From the sequence record NC_070958.1: a stretch of 64,000 bases of DNA, one strand, 5' to 3'. Made by a program: the position numbers and the translations under genes. The first letter of the stretch is position 1. Each line of letters opens with the position of its first letter. Positions 47,145 to 55,970 of the stretch are shown here, in pieces. The notes under the pieces were generated by a model. It searched no databases. It had not been told where the DNA came from and saw nothing but the letters and a program-made list of their open reading frames with translations.

Positions 47145-48013
47145 ACAACAACCGTGAAGTCTTTGGACTGAAAAGTATCCAAAGCTTGATGCGGGAAGTT
47201 GGTCTTTATGGAGGGCGCATCGACGCCCTCTTTGGACCGTCCTGTGTCGACGCAATGAAAGCCCTGGTGGCTAATGCAAATCCGTCCTACAACCCGATTG
47301 TAGCCGTTCCTACTTATGACGCTACCGATGTATTCAAGTGGGTACAGGAGTACCTTGTACGCGCTGGCAAGACCCCTAACGGGTTTGCCGTAGATGGTAA
47401 GTGGGGTAGTGGTACCGAAGGTGAACTCGGTAAACTCTGTAACATGTACGCTGAAGCACATTCGCTTCCTTTCTATAGCTACGCTTGGACCGCTCACCCC
47501 AGGATCACTCCTGAGATGGTCGCGAAGGTAGAAGCATGGATGGTGAAGTGGGGTAAGCCCAAAGAACACGTCAACTATTTGTTCAGTTGTATGGCACTGG
47601 AAACAGGTCGTACTTTTGACGCTTCAATCAAGAACAAGCATTCCGGTGCTGTTGGACTGATCCAGTTTATGCCCGGTCCTAATGGTTCCGCTGTTGATCT
47701 CGGAACCACCACCGATGCCTTGGCGAAGATGACCGAGGTTGACCAGCTGGACTATGTCTTCAAATACTTTGAAAAGTACGGGTACATCAAGAAGTGTGCT
47801 CGACTGGAAGACTACTACCTCACCATTTTCTATCCTGCCCATGTCGGTAAAGACCCCAACATCAAAGTTGGCGTGGAAGGAACCAAACTCTATAGTCAGA
47901 ACTTTGGTTTTGACCGTGAGAAGAAAGGGTTCTACACCGTCGGTGATATCGCTTTCGCGATTACCGAATTCTACTGGGAAGGTATGGATCCGAAGAAACG
48001 TACCATTAAGTAA
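47141..48013 (+). CDS. Modular endolysin: two peptidoglycan-binding repeats plus SLT/lysozyme-like catalytic domain
   Basis: IDALFGPSC and VDGKWGSGT PG-binding motifs; CMALETG (catalytic Glu), AVGLIQFMP; ATGA overlap with beta gene. Confidence 0.85.
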   Translation: MNNNREVFGLKSIQSLMREVGLYGGRIDALFGPSCVDAMKALVANANPSYNPIVAVPTYDATDVFKWVQEYLVRAGKTPNGFAVDGKWGSGTEGELGKLCNMYAEAHSLPFYSYAWTAHPRITPEMVAKVEAWMVKWGKPKEHVNYLFSCMALETGRTFDASIKNKHSGAVGLIQFMPGPNGSAVDLGTTTDALAKMTEVDQLDYVFKYFEKYGYIKKCARLEDYYLTIFYPAHVGKDPNIKVGVEGTKLYSQNFGFDREKKGFYTVGDIAFAITEFYWEGMDPKKRTIK

Positions 48014-48022
48014 GGAATTCAC

Positions 48023-48190
48023 ATGTCCAAGCTGTTCGTCGACAACGTAACTACGCTGTCGAACCTCTACGAAGTCATTGCAGGAACGCTCCAGCAAATT
48101 GGCTACGAATACCAAGCCCCTCTGTCTCCGGCAGAGGAACAGGAAGTGATCTCTCGTCAGATCAAAAACAAAGTTCTGAGTGAGGACTAA
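48023..48190 (+). CDS. 55-aa protein (not in ORF track)
   Basis: MSKLFVDNVTTLSNLYEVIAGTLQQIGYEYQAPLSPAEEQEVISRQIKNKVLSED*; SD AAGGA; fills the gap exactly. Confidence 0.75.
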   Translation: MSKLFVDNVTTLSNLYEVIAGTLQQIGYEYQAPLSPAEEQEVISRQIKNKVLSED

Positions 48191-48192
48191 TA

Positions 48193-49701
48193 ATGATCCG
48201 TCAATCAACCATTCTGGCGATGACTCCTATCGCTATGGAACTCTCCAACAAAAACCTCGATTTGTCTGATAAGGTTGGCGACATCATCAAAGGTCTGAAC
48301 GATGTTTCTGTTGGCGCTGTCGCCATGACTGAAGACAACGTTGCCGTGAACCTTCCCGAAGCTGCTGATGATGGCGACCACTCCATGATCCAGGCCGAGG
48401 TCAACGCTCGACTCGCTGCGGTTATCCGCGCAAGTATGGGTGTGATCAGCAACTGTGTCAAACCGATCCTGAAGGACGCGGACCGTCTGATCTCCAACTG
48501 TATCGGTGAAGGTGGTGCTCTCGATGCAGCACTCTCCCAGATCCGTATCGACATGACCAACATGGAACCGGCGTTCCTGGCTTCTGGGATGTGTCCCTCT
48601 GAAGTTCCCGCTTCTTTCGCCCAGAACCCCACCATCAATGTGAACAACATTATCAAGGGTAACTGGCCGCGTATCGAAGACGCTCACGAAGTGTATAAGT
48701 TGATCGACGTTGACGTTGACGTTATCAACCCGTTCCTGACCGATCCGGACGAAATCAAGAAAGTCTATAACGACTTCTTCGCCGACAAGTACTACTGGAC
48801 CATCTTCGAAAGCCGTGTTCGTGAAGGTGACGTGGTGAACGTCCTGAACCCGCACCACTACAAGTTCAGTTCTTTCCGTTCGATGGTTATCCTGTCCCTG
48901 CTGGTCAACAAGTTCCGTTCCATGGACGATCCGTTCGATGGCGTAATGGGTGTCTCCCTGGAAGACTACCGTGCCAACCTGAACTTCCTCCGTGACCTGA
49001 CCAACACAGTTCTGGCTCGTTTCCGCTTTGTATGGTTGGATCGCGCCAAGGCTGGTCTGGTGATCATCGATGAAGACGTCAAGGTAGCTCCGGCTACTTT
49101 CGGACCGCTGGAAGGTATCGAGACTGTTCAAGGTACCATCCGGATTGGTTATAACAATTCCATGTTGGAAGTGTTCGCCAATAAGGAAGAAGAGTCCATC
49201 ATCGACTACGCCCTGGGTTATGCTTACGCCAAGTACCGTGGTTACAAGGTACGTGATGTCATCACTGATGGCGACGTTGTCGTAAGTGCGTACAAGGAGT
49301 ACATTCACGGTATCTCTGCCGCCATGACCGTTAACGCGGACAAGCAGGGTCGCGAAGCATTCCTGACAGCCTGCCGTAACTTCTCCACTGATGAGAAGAA
49401 CAAGGGTTACCTGGAAGTCATCAAATCTGATGTTCCTCTGAGCAATCGCATTGCGGTGGCTGTCAACTCCAGGATCAACCTGGAAGGTTTCTTCACTGAA
49501 TACCTGGTGAACGGGATTGCTCGTGGCGAGCGTTCCACCATGGGCACTGCTCTGGCAGTGGAGTTGGCTGAGATCTTTGGTTCTCCCATCGCCGCCGAGA
49601 TTCTGAAGAACAACATGGGTGGCACTCCTGCCTCCATCGAACAGCAGCGGAAAATCCTGACTGGTTCTATCGTTGCTGCAATCCTCAAGCGACTGGTGTA
49701 A
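48193..49701 (+). CDS. Putative virion head protein (phiKZ gp177-like by synteny)
   Basis: 502 aa, SD GAGGA, strong codon bias. Confidence 0.6.
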   Translation: MIRQSTILAMTPIAMELSNKNLDLSDKVGDIIKGLNDVSVGAVAMTEDNVAVNLPEAADDGDHSMIQAEVNARLAAVIRASMGVISNCVKPILKDADRLISNCIGEGGALDAALSQIRIDMTNMEPAFLASGMCPSEVPASFAQNPTINVNNIIKGNWPRIEDAHEVYKLIDVDVDVINPFLTDPDEIKKVYNDFFADKYYWTIFESRVREGDVVNVLNPHHYKFSSFRSMVILSLLVNKFRSMDDPFDGVMGVSLEDYRANLNFLRDLTNTVLARFRFVWLDRAKAGLVIIDEDVKVAPATFGPLEGIETVQGTIRIGYNNSMLEVFANKEEESIIDYALGYAYAKYRGYKVRDVITDGDVVVSAYKEYIHGISAAMTVNADKQGREAFLTACRNFSTDEKNKGYLEVIKSDVPLSNRIAVAVNSRINLEGFFTEYLVNGIARGERSTMGTALAVELAEIFGSPIAAEILKNNMGGTPASIEQQRKILTGSIVAAILKRLV

Positions 49702-49704
49702 TAC

Positions 49705-50454
49705 GTGATCGATATCACTACTCTTAAACATGATCGAGGACTGCCTAGCGCAGTCCTCAAACTCATGCCTGATGGCTCCGCTGTCGCTACCAAGCGATTG
49801 AAGTGTTGTATACCCAAGAACTGGGAGCGGAGTAATCTTGCTGAGATCGCTGACGTTGTAACGACTATTCTGATGGTGGGTTTGATCTGTGACGGTAAGT
49901 ATGCAATGCTGGGTGGAATGACTCGCATTGTTATGAAGCCGGGTGAGATCGATGAAATCTCTATCGGTGGTACTCGGTACTACATCTTTGATTTCGAGCC
50001 GGGTGAAGTGGTTATCGAGAACATGACCATTCCTCAGGACAGCAACATCGGATATTACTACTACCTCGAGTTCACCAAATATGCTCGACTACCGTGGTAT
50101 TGTTCCGAGGCCAGTTTGCTCGCCGTTTACGACGCAGCAAAGTTCTACACTGGCAAAGGGTTTGGGACCAGTAACCAATGCATCCGGGTTTTGTACGCGC
50201 TTGTAATGCGTGATCCCAACAACCTGGATTTGCCATTCCGTTACTCCCCTGATTTAAACAAAGGTGGGAAACCGAAAATCATCGGTATCAACAACCCGGG
50301 TCAACTGCTCAACAGTACCTTCTCTCGTCTCTCGTCTGGTTATATGGCTGATAACATCATCGGTGGTATCCTCAACCCTGATACGAAGGTTACTGAGCTT
50401 GAAGAAGTAATCCGTGGTCTTCCTGCCGAACTGAGAGACAATAGCAATGTCTGA
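49705..50454 (+). CDS. Conserved core protein (phiKZ gp176-like by synteny)
   Basis: 249 aa, GTG start, directly upstream of the protease. Confidence 0.6.
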   Translation: MIDITTLKHDRGLPSAVLKLMPDGSAVATKRLKCCIPKNWERSNLAEIADVVTTILMVGLICDGKYAMLGGMTRIVMKPGEIDEISIGGTRYYIFDFEPGEVVIENMTIPQDSNIGYYYYLEFTKYARLPWYCSEASLLAVYDAAKFYTGKGFGTSNQCIRVLYALVMRDPNNLDLPFRYSPDLNKGGKPKIIGINNPGQLLNSTFSRLSSGYMADNIIGGILNPDTKVTELEEVIRGLPAELRDNSNV

Positions 50455-51292
50455 AATTAGTTTCGGGAATATCATCCTGGCTAACAGCGGTAAACAGGGC
50501 ATACTGAAACCCGACGCTACCGGTCGTTATCTGTTGAATGCTGGCGGGTTCAATATCGCCAATGCTAGCGGGATTAACTATCCCGCTAACCAATACATCG
50601 TCTCCCAGATGGACAAGAACTCCGACCTGATGCGTCGTGTCAGTCAGGGTTATTGCAAGATGGAAGTTGAACATCCGGAACCTTTCGTTTATGTGGAAGA
50701 GAACGGTGTTCGCTACAAGAAAGCAATGACTTCCATTCTGGAGTGGATCAACCGGCTCCGTAGCTACGATCCTGATCGTATTTGCGGGCTCATCAGTGAG
50801 ATCTCCTTCCGTCCCACAGATCCCAACGATCTGACCAAGCCGATCTACAACATGATCTACTGTGAACCCTTCGGTCCCCGTGGACCTGAGTTCAAAGAGT
50901 CGCTGAACAACCCCCGTCACAACACGGCCGTTTCCATCCGTACTCAGGTTTCTCCTTTCCGTCCTGGTGACAACAAGAAAGAAGTTGAGTACTGGGTTGG
51001 TTATGACTGGGTCGGTGAACCTGGTATGGTTCATGCCAACAAGCACATGACCGCTGGTTGTGAATCGCTGATCCTCAATCTGAACGACAACGTACAGAAG
51101 TTCAAAGTCGCTGACGTTCTGGATGCAATGGAAGAGATGTTCACCGATGCCAGCGCTAATGCTGAAGCTCTGGAGCGGGTTGGTGGTATGGAGTCTCTCA
51201 ATGCCATGCGTGAAATGCACAACCGTCTGAAACAGAATTACCGCACAGGCGAAACTGTTCGGATGGGCGCCAGCTTTGCCGATATCTTCTAA
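50447..51292 (+). CDS. Prohead maturation protease (phiKZ gp175-like)
   Basis: EVEHP (His), GPRG, NTAVSIRT (Ser), GYDWVGEPG (Asp); C-terminal AGCE/S and GGME/S candidate autocleavage sites. Confidence 0.8.
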   Translation: MSEISFGNIILANSGKQGILKPDATGRYLLNAGGFNIANASGINYPANQYIVSQMDKNSDLMRRVSQGYCKMEVEHPEPFVYVEENGVRYKKAMTSILEWINRLRSYDPDRICGLISEISFRPTDPNDLTKPIYNMIYCEPFGPRGPEFKESLNNPRHNTAVSIRTQVSPFRPGDNKKEVEYWVGYDWVGEPGMVHANKHMTAGCESLILNLNDNVQKFKVADVLDAMEEMFTDASANAEALERVGGMESLNAMREMHNRLKQNYRTGETVRMGASFADIF

Positions 51293-51302
51293 TACCTAAA
51301 TT

Positions 51303-51341
51303 GAGTAACCAGGGCTTCGGTCCTGGTTACTCTTTTCTTTT
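51303..51341 (+). terminator. Intrinsic terminator
   Basis: GAGTAACCAGGGC-TTCG-GTCCTGGTTACTC then TTTTCTTTT. Confidence 0.9.
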
Positions 51342-51395
51342 GTACTCAACTGTTATTATATTGTTAAGCAATCGTCATCAACCAAGGAAATAGAA

Positions 51396-51968
51396 ATGAA
51401 CTTTGACCACCTTCGCATTTACACGCAACTCCGCGCACTGATCCAAACTGCGTACACTATCAAGAACACCCGTACCGCTATGGTCTCCACTTGGGATGAA
51501 CTCAAGGACGCCGAAGGTAAGGAAATCATCGTGGAGCAGTACATGACCAGGGCGAAAGCTCAGTTGGTTCAGATGTACGCACGTCGTCTGATGAAGTACA
51601 TGGAAAGTATCGCCAACCTGGACGTCATCCCGATGACTACCGAAGATGTTAAAATCGGTAATTGGCGTGTGGACTCCATCATCATCCAACTCGCCAGTAA
51701 CGAGATCAAAGATCACGACCACATGTTCCAGCTGATGATGACCAACATCTATGGTGTCACGACCAAGATGTTCGATTTCATCGACTCTGGTTTCAAACTG
51801 GAGAAATTGCTGGACCTCATGTCTAAGCAATACCTCTCCAGCTTCGAAGATCTCAATGACGAGTCCTTTGAAGTAACTGAGGAATGGGCTGAAGATCTCA
51901 TCAAGGCGTTCATCAACGGTGAGCTCCAGGATCCTGGTTTCAAGTTGCTTTCTTTGACTAAGAAGTAA
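51396..51968 (+). CDS. Hypothetical helical protein
   Basis: SD AAGGA; 190 aa. Confidence 0.8.
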   Translation: MNFDHLRIYTQLRALIQTAYTIKNTRTAMVSTWDELKDAEGKEIIVEQYMTRAKAQLVQMYARRLMKYMESIANLDVIPMTTEDVKIGNWRVDSIIIQLASNEIKDHDHMFQLMMTNIYGVTTKMFDFIDSGFKLEKLLDLMSKQYLSSFEDLNDESFEVTEEWAEDLIKAFINGELQDPGFKLLSLTKK

Positions 51969-51977
51969 TAACCACTC

Positions 51978-52018
51978 TAGAACTAGGAACCCACTGGGTT
52001 CCTAGTTCTATTTTATTT
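51978..52018 (+). terminator. Intrinsic terminator
   Basis: TAGAACTAGGAACCC-ACT-GGGTTCCTAGTTCTA, 15 bp, then TTTTATTT. Confidence 0.9.
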
Positions 52019-52028
52019 GGTCTATTTA

Positions 52029-52053
52029 TTTTCGGATATACATTATTAACATG
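52029..52053 (+). promoter_or_regulatory. Early-promoter-like motif, copy 6
   Basis: TTTT CGGAT ATACATTAT TAACATG. Confidence 0.7.
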
Positions 52054-52122
52054 AGCATAGAGCATTGAACAACCGCGGACCACTTCCGGTAAAACTCTTG
52101 TCTCTTTTAAAGGAGAAACAAT

Positions 52123-53181
52123 ATGTTTAACGACTACTACGGATTTCGCACTTCCATTAATGGTGGTGTGACATTCACCATCACCCCGCTAGGGGATAGA
52201 CAGTATCTGGAATTCCATCTTCGGGATTTGGATACTGGTGAAATGAAAGTATCCAGGATGAACCTCACCGCCGAGTCCGGTGGGACACTTTGTTCACTCC
52301 TGCTTCGGATGATGACCCATATGGAAAGTGGGGGTGGAAAGAAGACCTTCAAGTGGGATGGTTCTATTCCATTGGTGTTTGTTTACGAAGTAGGTGTTGG
52401 AATACGGATCTGTGCAGATGGGAAACATTATGTGTTCCTGTCTGGTAACAAGAACTTGTTGCTGCGTGGATTGGAAACAATCGGTGAGATGACGGAAGCG
52501 TGTGTCAAGAAAGACTATGACTACGCCCAGCATATCGCCTATTGCTACAGGCTACTCCCGAACTATGTGGATCAGGTATTCGAACAACAAGAATCCCGGG
52601 TCCGGATGGTTCACAATACCAGGTTCGGTTTCGACATCTGTCACGAAGACAAGCAAGGTAGCTTCCGGCTTTCCTTTGGTGGGAAACGTCTTGATGTTAT
52701 CGATATCCACGAAATGATAGTTGCAATCATCAAGTTAACCTGTAGCGTTAACGATGGTAAAACAATCAACATCGGAAAGTACATCTTTACCAACCTCGAT
52801 ACAGAGAGCGGGGATCGTTACATTGGAATTTTCCGTAATGCGATTCACGTTTCTTGTCGTGCCAAGATGTTACTGGTGGGCACTGGAGAACTGGAAGCTA
52901 TTGTCCAATCTCTGGGTAACATCATTTTCATGGAGACGACACGTCGTGGAAGTGATAGTAAAGAACTGGCTCGTTTCACCAGAGCAGAGAGCGAAAACCT
53001 GAAGAAGAACGTACAGCGACTGTGCGAGCTTTACAGCGATCGTCACAAATGGACGGACCAAGTTTACACCTGGTTGAGAGAATGCACTACAATGAGCTTA
53101 CAAGAGCTCTCAGTGGAGTACGGTGGGGTACAGATCAATCGTAATAGACTGCTCCGTAACAAACCGCTACTCAACAAGTAA
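52123..53181 (+). CDS. Hypothetical protein with apparent repeated beta-sheet+helix units
   Basis: SD AAGGAG; 352 aa. Confidence 0.8.
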   Translation: MFNDYYGFRTSINGGVTFTITPLGDRQYLEFHLRDLDTGEMKVSRMNLTAESGGTLCSLLLRMMTHMESGGGKKTFKWDGSIPLVFVYEVGVGIRICADGKHYVFLSGNKNLLLRGLETIGEMTEACVKKDYDYAQHIAYCYRLLPNYVDQVFEQQESRVRMVHNTRFGFDICHEDKQGSFRLSFGGKRLDVIDIHEMIVAIIKLTCSVNDGKTINIGKYIFTNLDTESGDRYIGIFRNAIHVSCRAKMLLVGTGELEAIVQSLGNIIFMETTRRGSDSKELARFTRAESENLKKNVQRLCELYSDRHKWTDQVYTWLRECTTMSLQELSVEYGGVQINRNRLLRNKPLLNK

Positions 53182-53182
53182 T

Positions 53183-53264
53183 TTCCTACTCATGTAGGGA
53201 TGAGGTGGAGGAACAATTCCGTTCCTCCTTTTTCGCAGTGCTACCCCGTAAAACGGATGACTGC
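53183..53264 (+). promoter_or_regulatory. Structured leader/intergenic RNA: three hairpins including the AAUUCC-loop hairpin (copy 1)
   Basis: TTCCTAC/GTAGGGA; GGAGGAAC-AATTCC-GTTCCTCC plus T5; GCAGT..CCGT-AAA-ACGG..ACTGC. Confidence 0.5.
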
Positions 53265-53297
53265 ATTATTGCCATGGCTAAACGCCTAGGAGTAATT

Positions 53298-54281
53298 ATG
53301 AACGTTATGAAAATGATTCACGCACCGCTTGACAATCTCGGTGAGTACCACGTCGGGATGTTCCCCGAAGATCCTGAACGAGTCTACTTGATGGACTTAA
53401 ACTTCCACGAACACAATTCCATGGTGATCCATCGCTACACCAAACACGAAATGGGTGAACTCTCAAAGATATTCAAGAGTGTTCTTACCTCCATGCAATT
53501 TGCAAGGAATGCGACCATCAAGTTCGATATTGCTGAATACGGCGTATCGGTCATCAAAGGGGCGAGTATCGAGATCCGTAATCTCGAACACGTTCATCGC
53601 CCTAATCTGACAATGAGATTCTGGGGACGGGCGAGTGATAAAGACCCTAGCGGTGAACTCGATTGGTTCTCCCAGACTGAGCGTGCACTACTGGTCCTTT
53701 CTGAAATCTTCGGAGCAATGCACGAGCTTAACGAACCAGGTAAGAAAGGAAAACTCTCGACAGTGATGCGGTTGTTTAAGAAGCATTCGTCAGAACATGA
53801 ACTATCGGAAAAGCAGTTTGTCGATTTCATCGGCGCTACCAGACCGGATAGACGCGAACTGATAAACGACATCATCATGATCGGGCACTCGCTGAGCGAT
53901 GGTCCTGTTCACCATTCCGGGTTAACGTTTGCAAGTACCGCTGACCACTATCATCTTGCACTGGATAAAGGAGAGCACCTCCCTGCATTGATAAATAGTT
54001 TCAGCAAAGTAGTCCGGGGTGAAGATGCCGTGGATCACTTCACGGAATACAACGGGGAATACCCCTGGATGTCCCATAGCTTTATGGGTTATTCTGCAAA
54101 GAAAGGGATGCCCGCCTGGAGAGACCGAACTGTCGTTATGGGGTATAACACCTACATGAAGACAGGACGGTTCAGTACTTTGACGAGTGTAGATGTACTT
54201 GAGTATATTGTTCAAGTACTTATCGAGATTGAGGAACGAGTGAAACGACTAGTCGAACTCTATCCTCCTAAGACCAAGTAG
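53298..54281 (+). CDS. Hypothetical protein (start moved to ATG 53298)
   Basis: SD AGGAG before in-frame ATG 53298. Confidence 0.75.
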   Translation: MNVMKMIHAPLDNLGEYHVGMFPEDPERVYLMDLNFHEHNSMVIHRYTKHEMGELSKIFKSVLTSMQFARNATIKFDIAEYGVSVIKGASIEIRNLEHVHRPNLTMRFWGRASDKDPSGELDWFSQTERALLVLSEIFGAMHELNEPGKKGKLSTVMRLFKKHSSEHELSEKQFVDFIGATRPDRRELINDIIMIGHSLSDGPVHHSGLTFASTADHYHLALDKGEHLPALINSFSKVVRGEDAVDHFTEYNGEYPWMSHSFMGYSAKKGMPAWRDRTVVMGYNTYMKTGRFSTLTSVDVLEYIVQVLIEIEERVKRLVELYPPKTK

Positions 54282-54287
54282 TGTGGC

Positions 54288-54330
54288 AGGGTGGAGACTT
54301 CGGTCTCCACCCTATAAACCTTTATTATTT
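54288..54330 (+). terminator. Intrinsic terminator
   Basis: AGGGTGGAGAC-TTCG-GTCTCCACCCT. Confidence 0.8.
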
Positions 54331-54344
54331 CTTTGCTCTATATC

Positions 54345-54369
54345 TTTTCAAATCGATATTATTAAGGTG
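54345..54369 (+). promoter_or_regulatory. Early-promoter-like motif, copy 7
   Basis: TTTT CAAAT CGATATTAT TAAGGTG. Confidence 0.75.
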
Positions 54370-54423
54370 TATGCAAGGCCATATAAATTAACTAATCTTC
54401 AACAATGACTAGAGGAAATACCC

Positions 54424-55395
54424 ATGAATGATTTCATCGCTGCTCGTTTCGGACATAACGTTTTCATCGGCTTCGATCTGGAGACACCTGATTGCTTGGA
54501 TGTGATCAGTGCTTCCGGTGAACGCATGGAAGTGCTGGCGATCAGCCATTACCGTCAGGATGCTCGCGGAATGTTCCGTGATCGTCGTTACGCACTGGTC
54601 CGTGCTATTGAAGGGATGTTGATCCATCTCTCCGTTCTCCCCAACGAGAAACACATCAAAGCGTTTGACTTCCTGGAACTGTCCTACATTCCAGGGGAAG
54701 GCTGCATGCTTCGTTACGACCGTCAGCGTGTATACCTGATGCGTTGCCCGCGACACATCAAAGCTCAGGAATTCAATGTCCCTGGCTTGGTCGTCGTCCT
54801 GACTCGTTTGATGAACTTGATCAAGGCCAACATCGAGTACTGTGACAATGACCTGAATGAAAAGGAAGCGCGTCTCAAGTACAAAGAGAATGACTACCTG
54901 ATCAACACCCATCTTTACGAAGTGACCCGGATGGCAAGCCCTACTGGTAACTTCAATCGCAGTTATCAACGTTACTGGGCTTTGGCAGTCCGGATGTTCC
55001 AAGGTACCCAGGGAACTCCTACTGATCCGGCACAACCGTATGCTTACGCCAAGGTACGGTTCTACAGTCCGCGTGGTTTCATGATCTATCAGACTGGTGC
55101 TGGTGTTGGTTGCAAAGAACGAGATGCGAAACTGTTTGACGCTCTCGATCGTTGCCGCCTGGGTGATCATCTCCAAGTGGTGTACACTACCCAACGTGGT
55201 GCGATGACACTTTCAACTACTCCGGATTGCGAACCGGATGGTTATGGTGAAATCAATATGCACCTGGTCAGTGGTCCTGCCGGTAGTTCGTTGACCATCC
55301 CGTATGAAACAGACGCGATCGTGTTCATTAAGAACTCCATCGCTGCGGCGAGTCGTGAAGCAACTGAAGCAGTCCGTGCACTGCGTTCGGCATAA
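54424..55395 (+). CDS. Hypothetical protein
   Basis: SD GAGGA; 323 aa. Confidence 0.8.
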   Translation: MNDFIAARFGHNVFIGFDLETPDCLDVISASGERMEVLAISHYRQDARGMFRDRRYALVRAIEGMLIHLSVLPNEKHIKAFDFLELSYIPGEGCMLRYDRQRVYLMRCPRHIKAQEFNVPGLVVVLTRLMNLIKANIEYCDNDLNEKEARLKYKENDYLINTHLYEVTRMASPTGNFNRSYQRYWALAVRMFQGTQGTPTDPAQPYAYAKVRFYSPRGFMIYQTGAGVGCKERDAKLFDALDRCRLGDHLQVVYTTQRGAMTLSTTPDCEPDGYGEINMHLVSGPAGSSLTIPYETDAIVFIKNSIAAASREATEAVRALRSA

Positions 55396-55412
55396 TCTAA
55401 GAGGAAGCTAAC

Positions 55413-55751
55413 ATGTCAGTAGAAAGCATTAAGGAACGTGTTAAGAATTTCGTTAACATGTCCGGTATCGATGTGAACTTCAATGGTCGCATCATTACAC
55501 CCAAGGCCAGGTTCCGTAAAGACAGGATGAAAGCCACCCAGGAAACCGCTCGTCACTATCGTGAGATCAGGATTTCTGATGACGTACTGGACAACCTCGG
55601 AATCGAGAAAACGGATGGCAAGAACATCCCGACCATCGCCGAGTGTTTTGAGATGCTTCCTCCTCACTTCAAGCGGAAGGACAGCATCGTCAAGTACATG
55701 GAATCCCGCCGCACCGAATTTGACAACCGACTGAAGGAGTTCTTGCAATGA
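55413..55751 (+). CDS. Hypothetical basic protein
   Basis: SD GAGGA; 112 aa. Confidence 0.75.
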   Translation: MSVESIKERVKNFVNMSGIDVNFNGRIITPKARFRKDRMKATQETARHYREIRISDDVLDNLGIEKTDGKNIPTIAECFEMLPPHFKRKDSIVKYMESRRTEFDNRLKEFLQ

Positions 55752-55894
55752 CTGATGATAATCTTCCTCGGTACATCCCTTTGGACTATATAGGGAAAAT
55801 CAGGAGTCGAGTCAAAAAGCACGACGCGGCAAGACTCAAAGCGATGTACGAACGTGCACGCAATGTCGTCAAGAACAATACCCAGTCTAAATGA
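55748..55894 (+). CDS. 48-aa basic peptide (not in ORF track)
   Basis: MTDDNLPRYIPLDYIGKIRSRVKKHDAARLKAMYERARNVVKNNTQSK*; SD AAGGAG, ATGA overlap; stop lies inside a hairpin. Confidence 0.65.
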   Translation: MTDDNLPRYIPLDYIGKIRSRVKKHDAARLKAMYERARNVVKNNTQSK

Positions 55895-55970
55895 CTGGGT
55901 TATCGAGTTGCGAGTATTCAGGTGGTATTATCCTGAGCTCGCAATCATGATGGACAATTCCGTTCATCAT
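55880..55970 (+). promoter_or_regulatory. Structured leader/intergenic RNA: three hairpins including the AAUUCC-loop hairpin (copy 2)
   Basis: ACCCAGTC/GACTGGGT; TTGCGAG..TTCAGG/CCTGAG CTCGCAA; ATGATGGAC-AATTCC-GTTCATCAT. Confidence 0.55.

Noticed and set aside
3433-49731. Long antisense ORFs (for example 3433..4620-, 4814..5641-, 16694..17710+, 21272..22486+, 25104..26588-, 34114..35673+, 38896..40095+, 45345..46604-, 48205..49731-)
   Set aside because: They shadow well-supported genes in the exact antisense frame, lack SDs and motifs, and are explained by the codon bias of the real genes
53205-53297. ORF-track N-terminal extension of the 53298 gene from GTG 53205 (similarly 3187, 13497, 21129, 26642, 29606, 62549)
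   Set aside because: Better SDs precede internal ATGs, and the extensions run through hairpins, promoters or neighbouring genes
55752-55800. Hammerhead ribozyme suggested by CTGATGA...GAAA
   Set aside because: No stem II closing with G-C before GAAA, and the sequence lies inside a plausible coding frame
55880-55970. tRNA or cloverleaf in the three-hairpin region
   Set aside because: No closing acceptor stem, no T-loop GTTCRA consensus, no CCA; no tRNA recognised elsewhere in the window by eye (tRNAscan-SE would be decisive)
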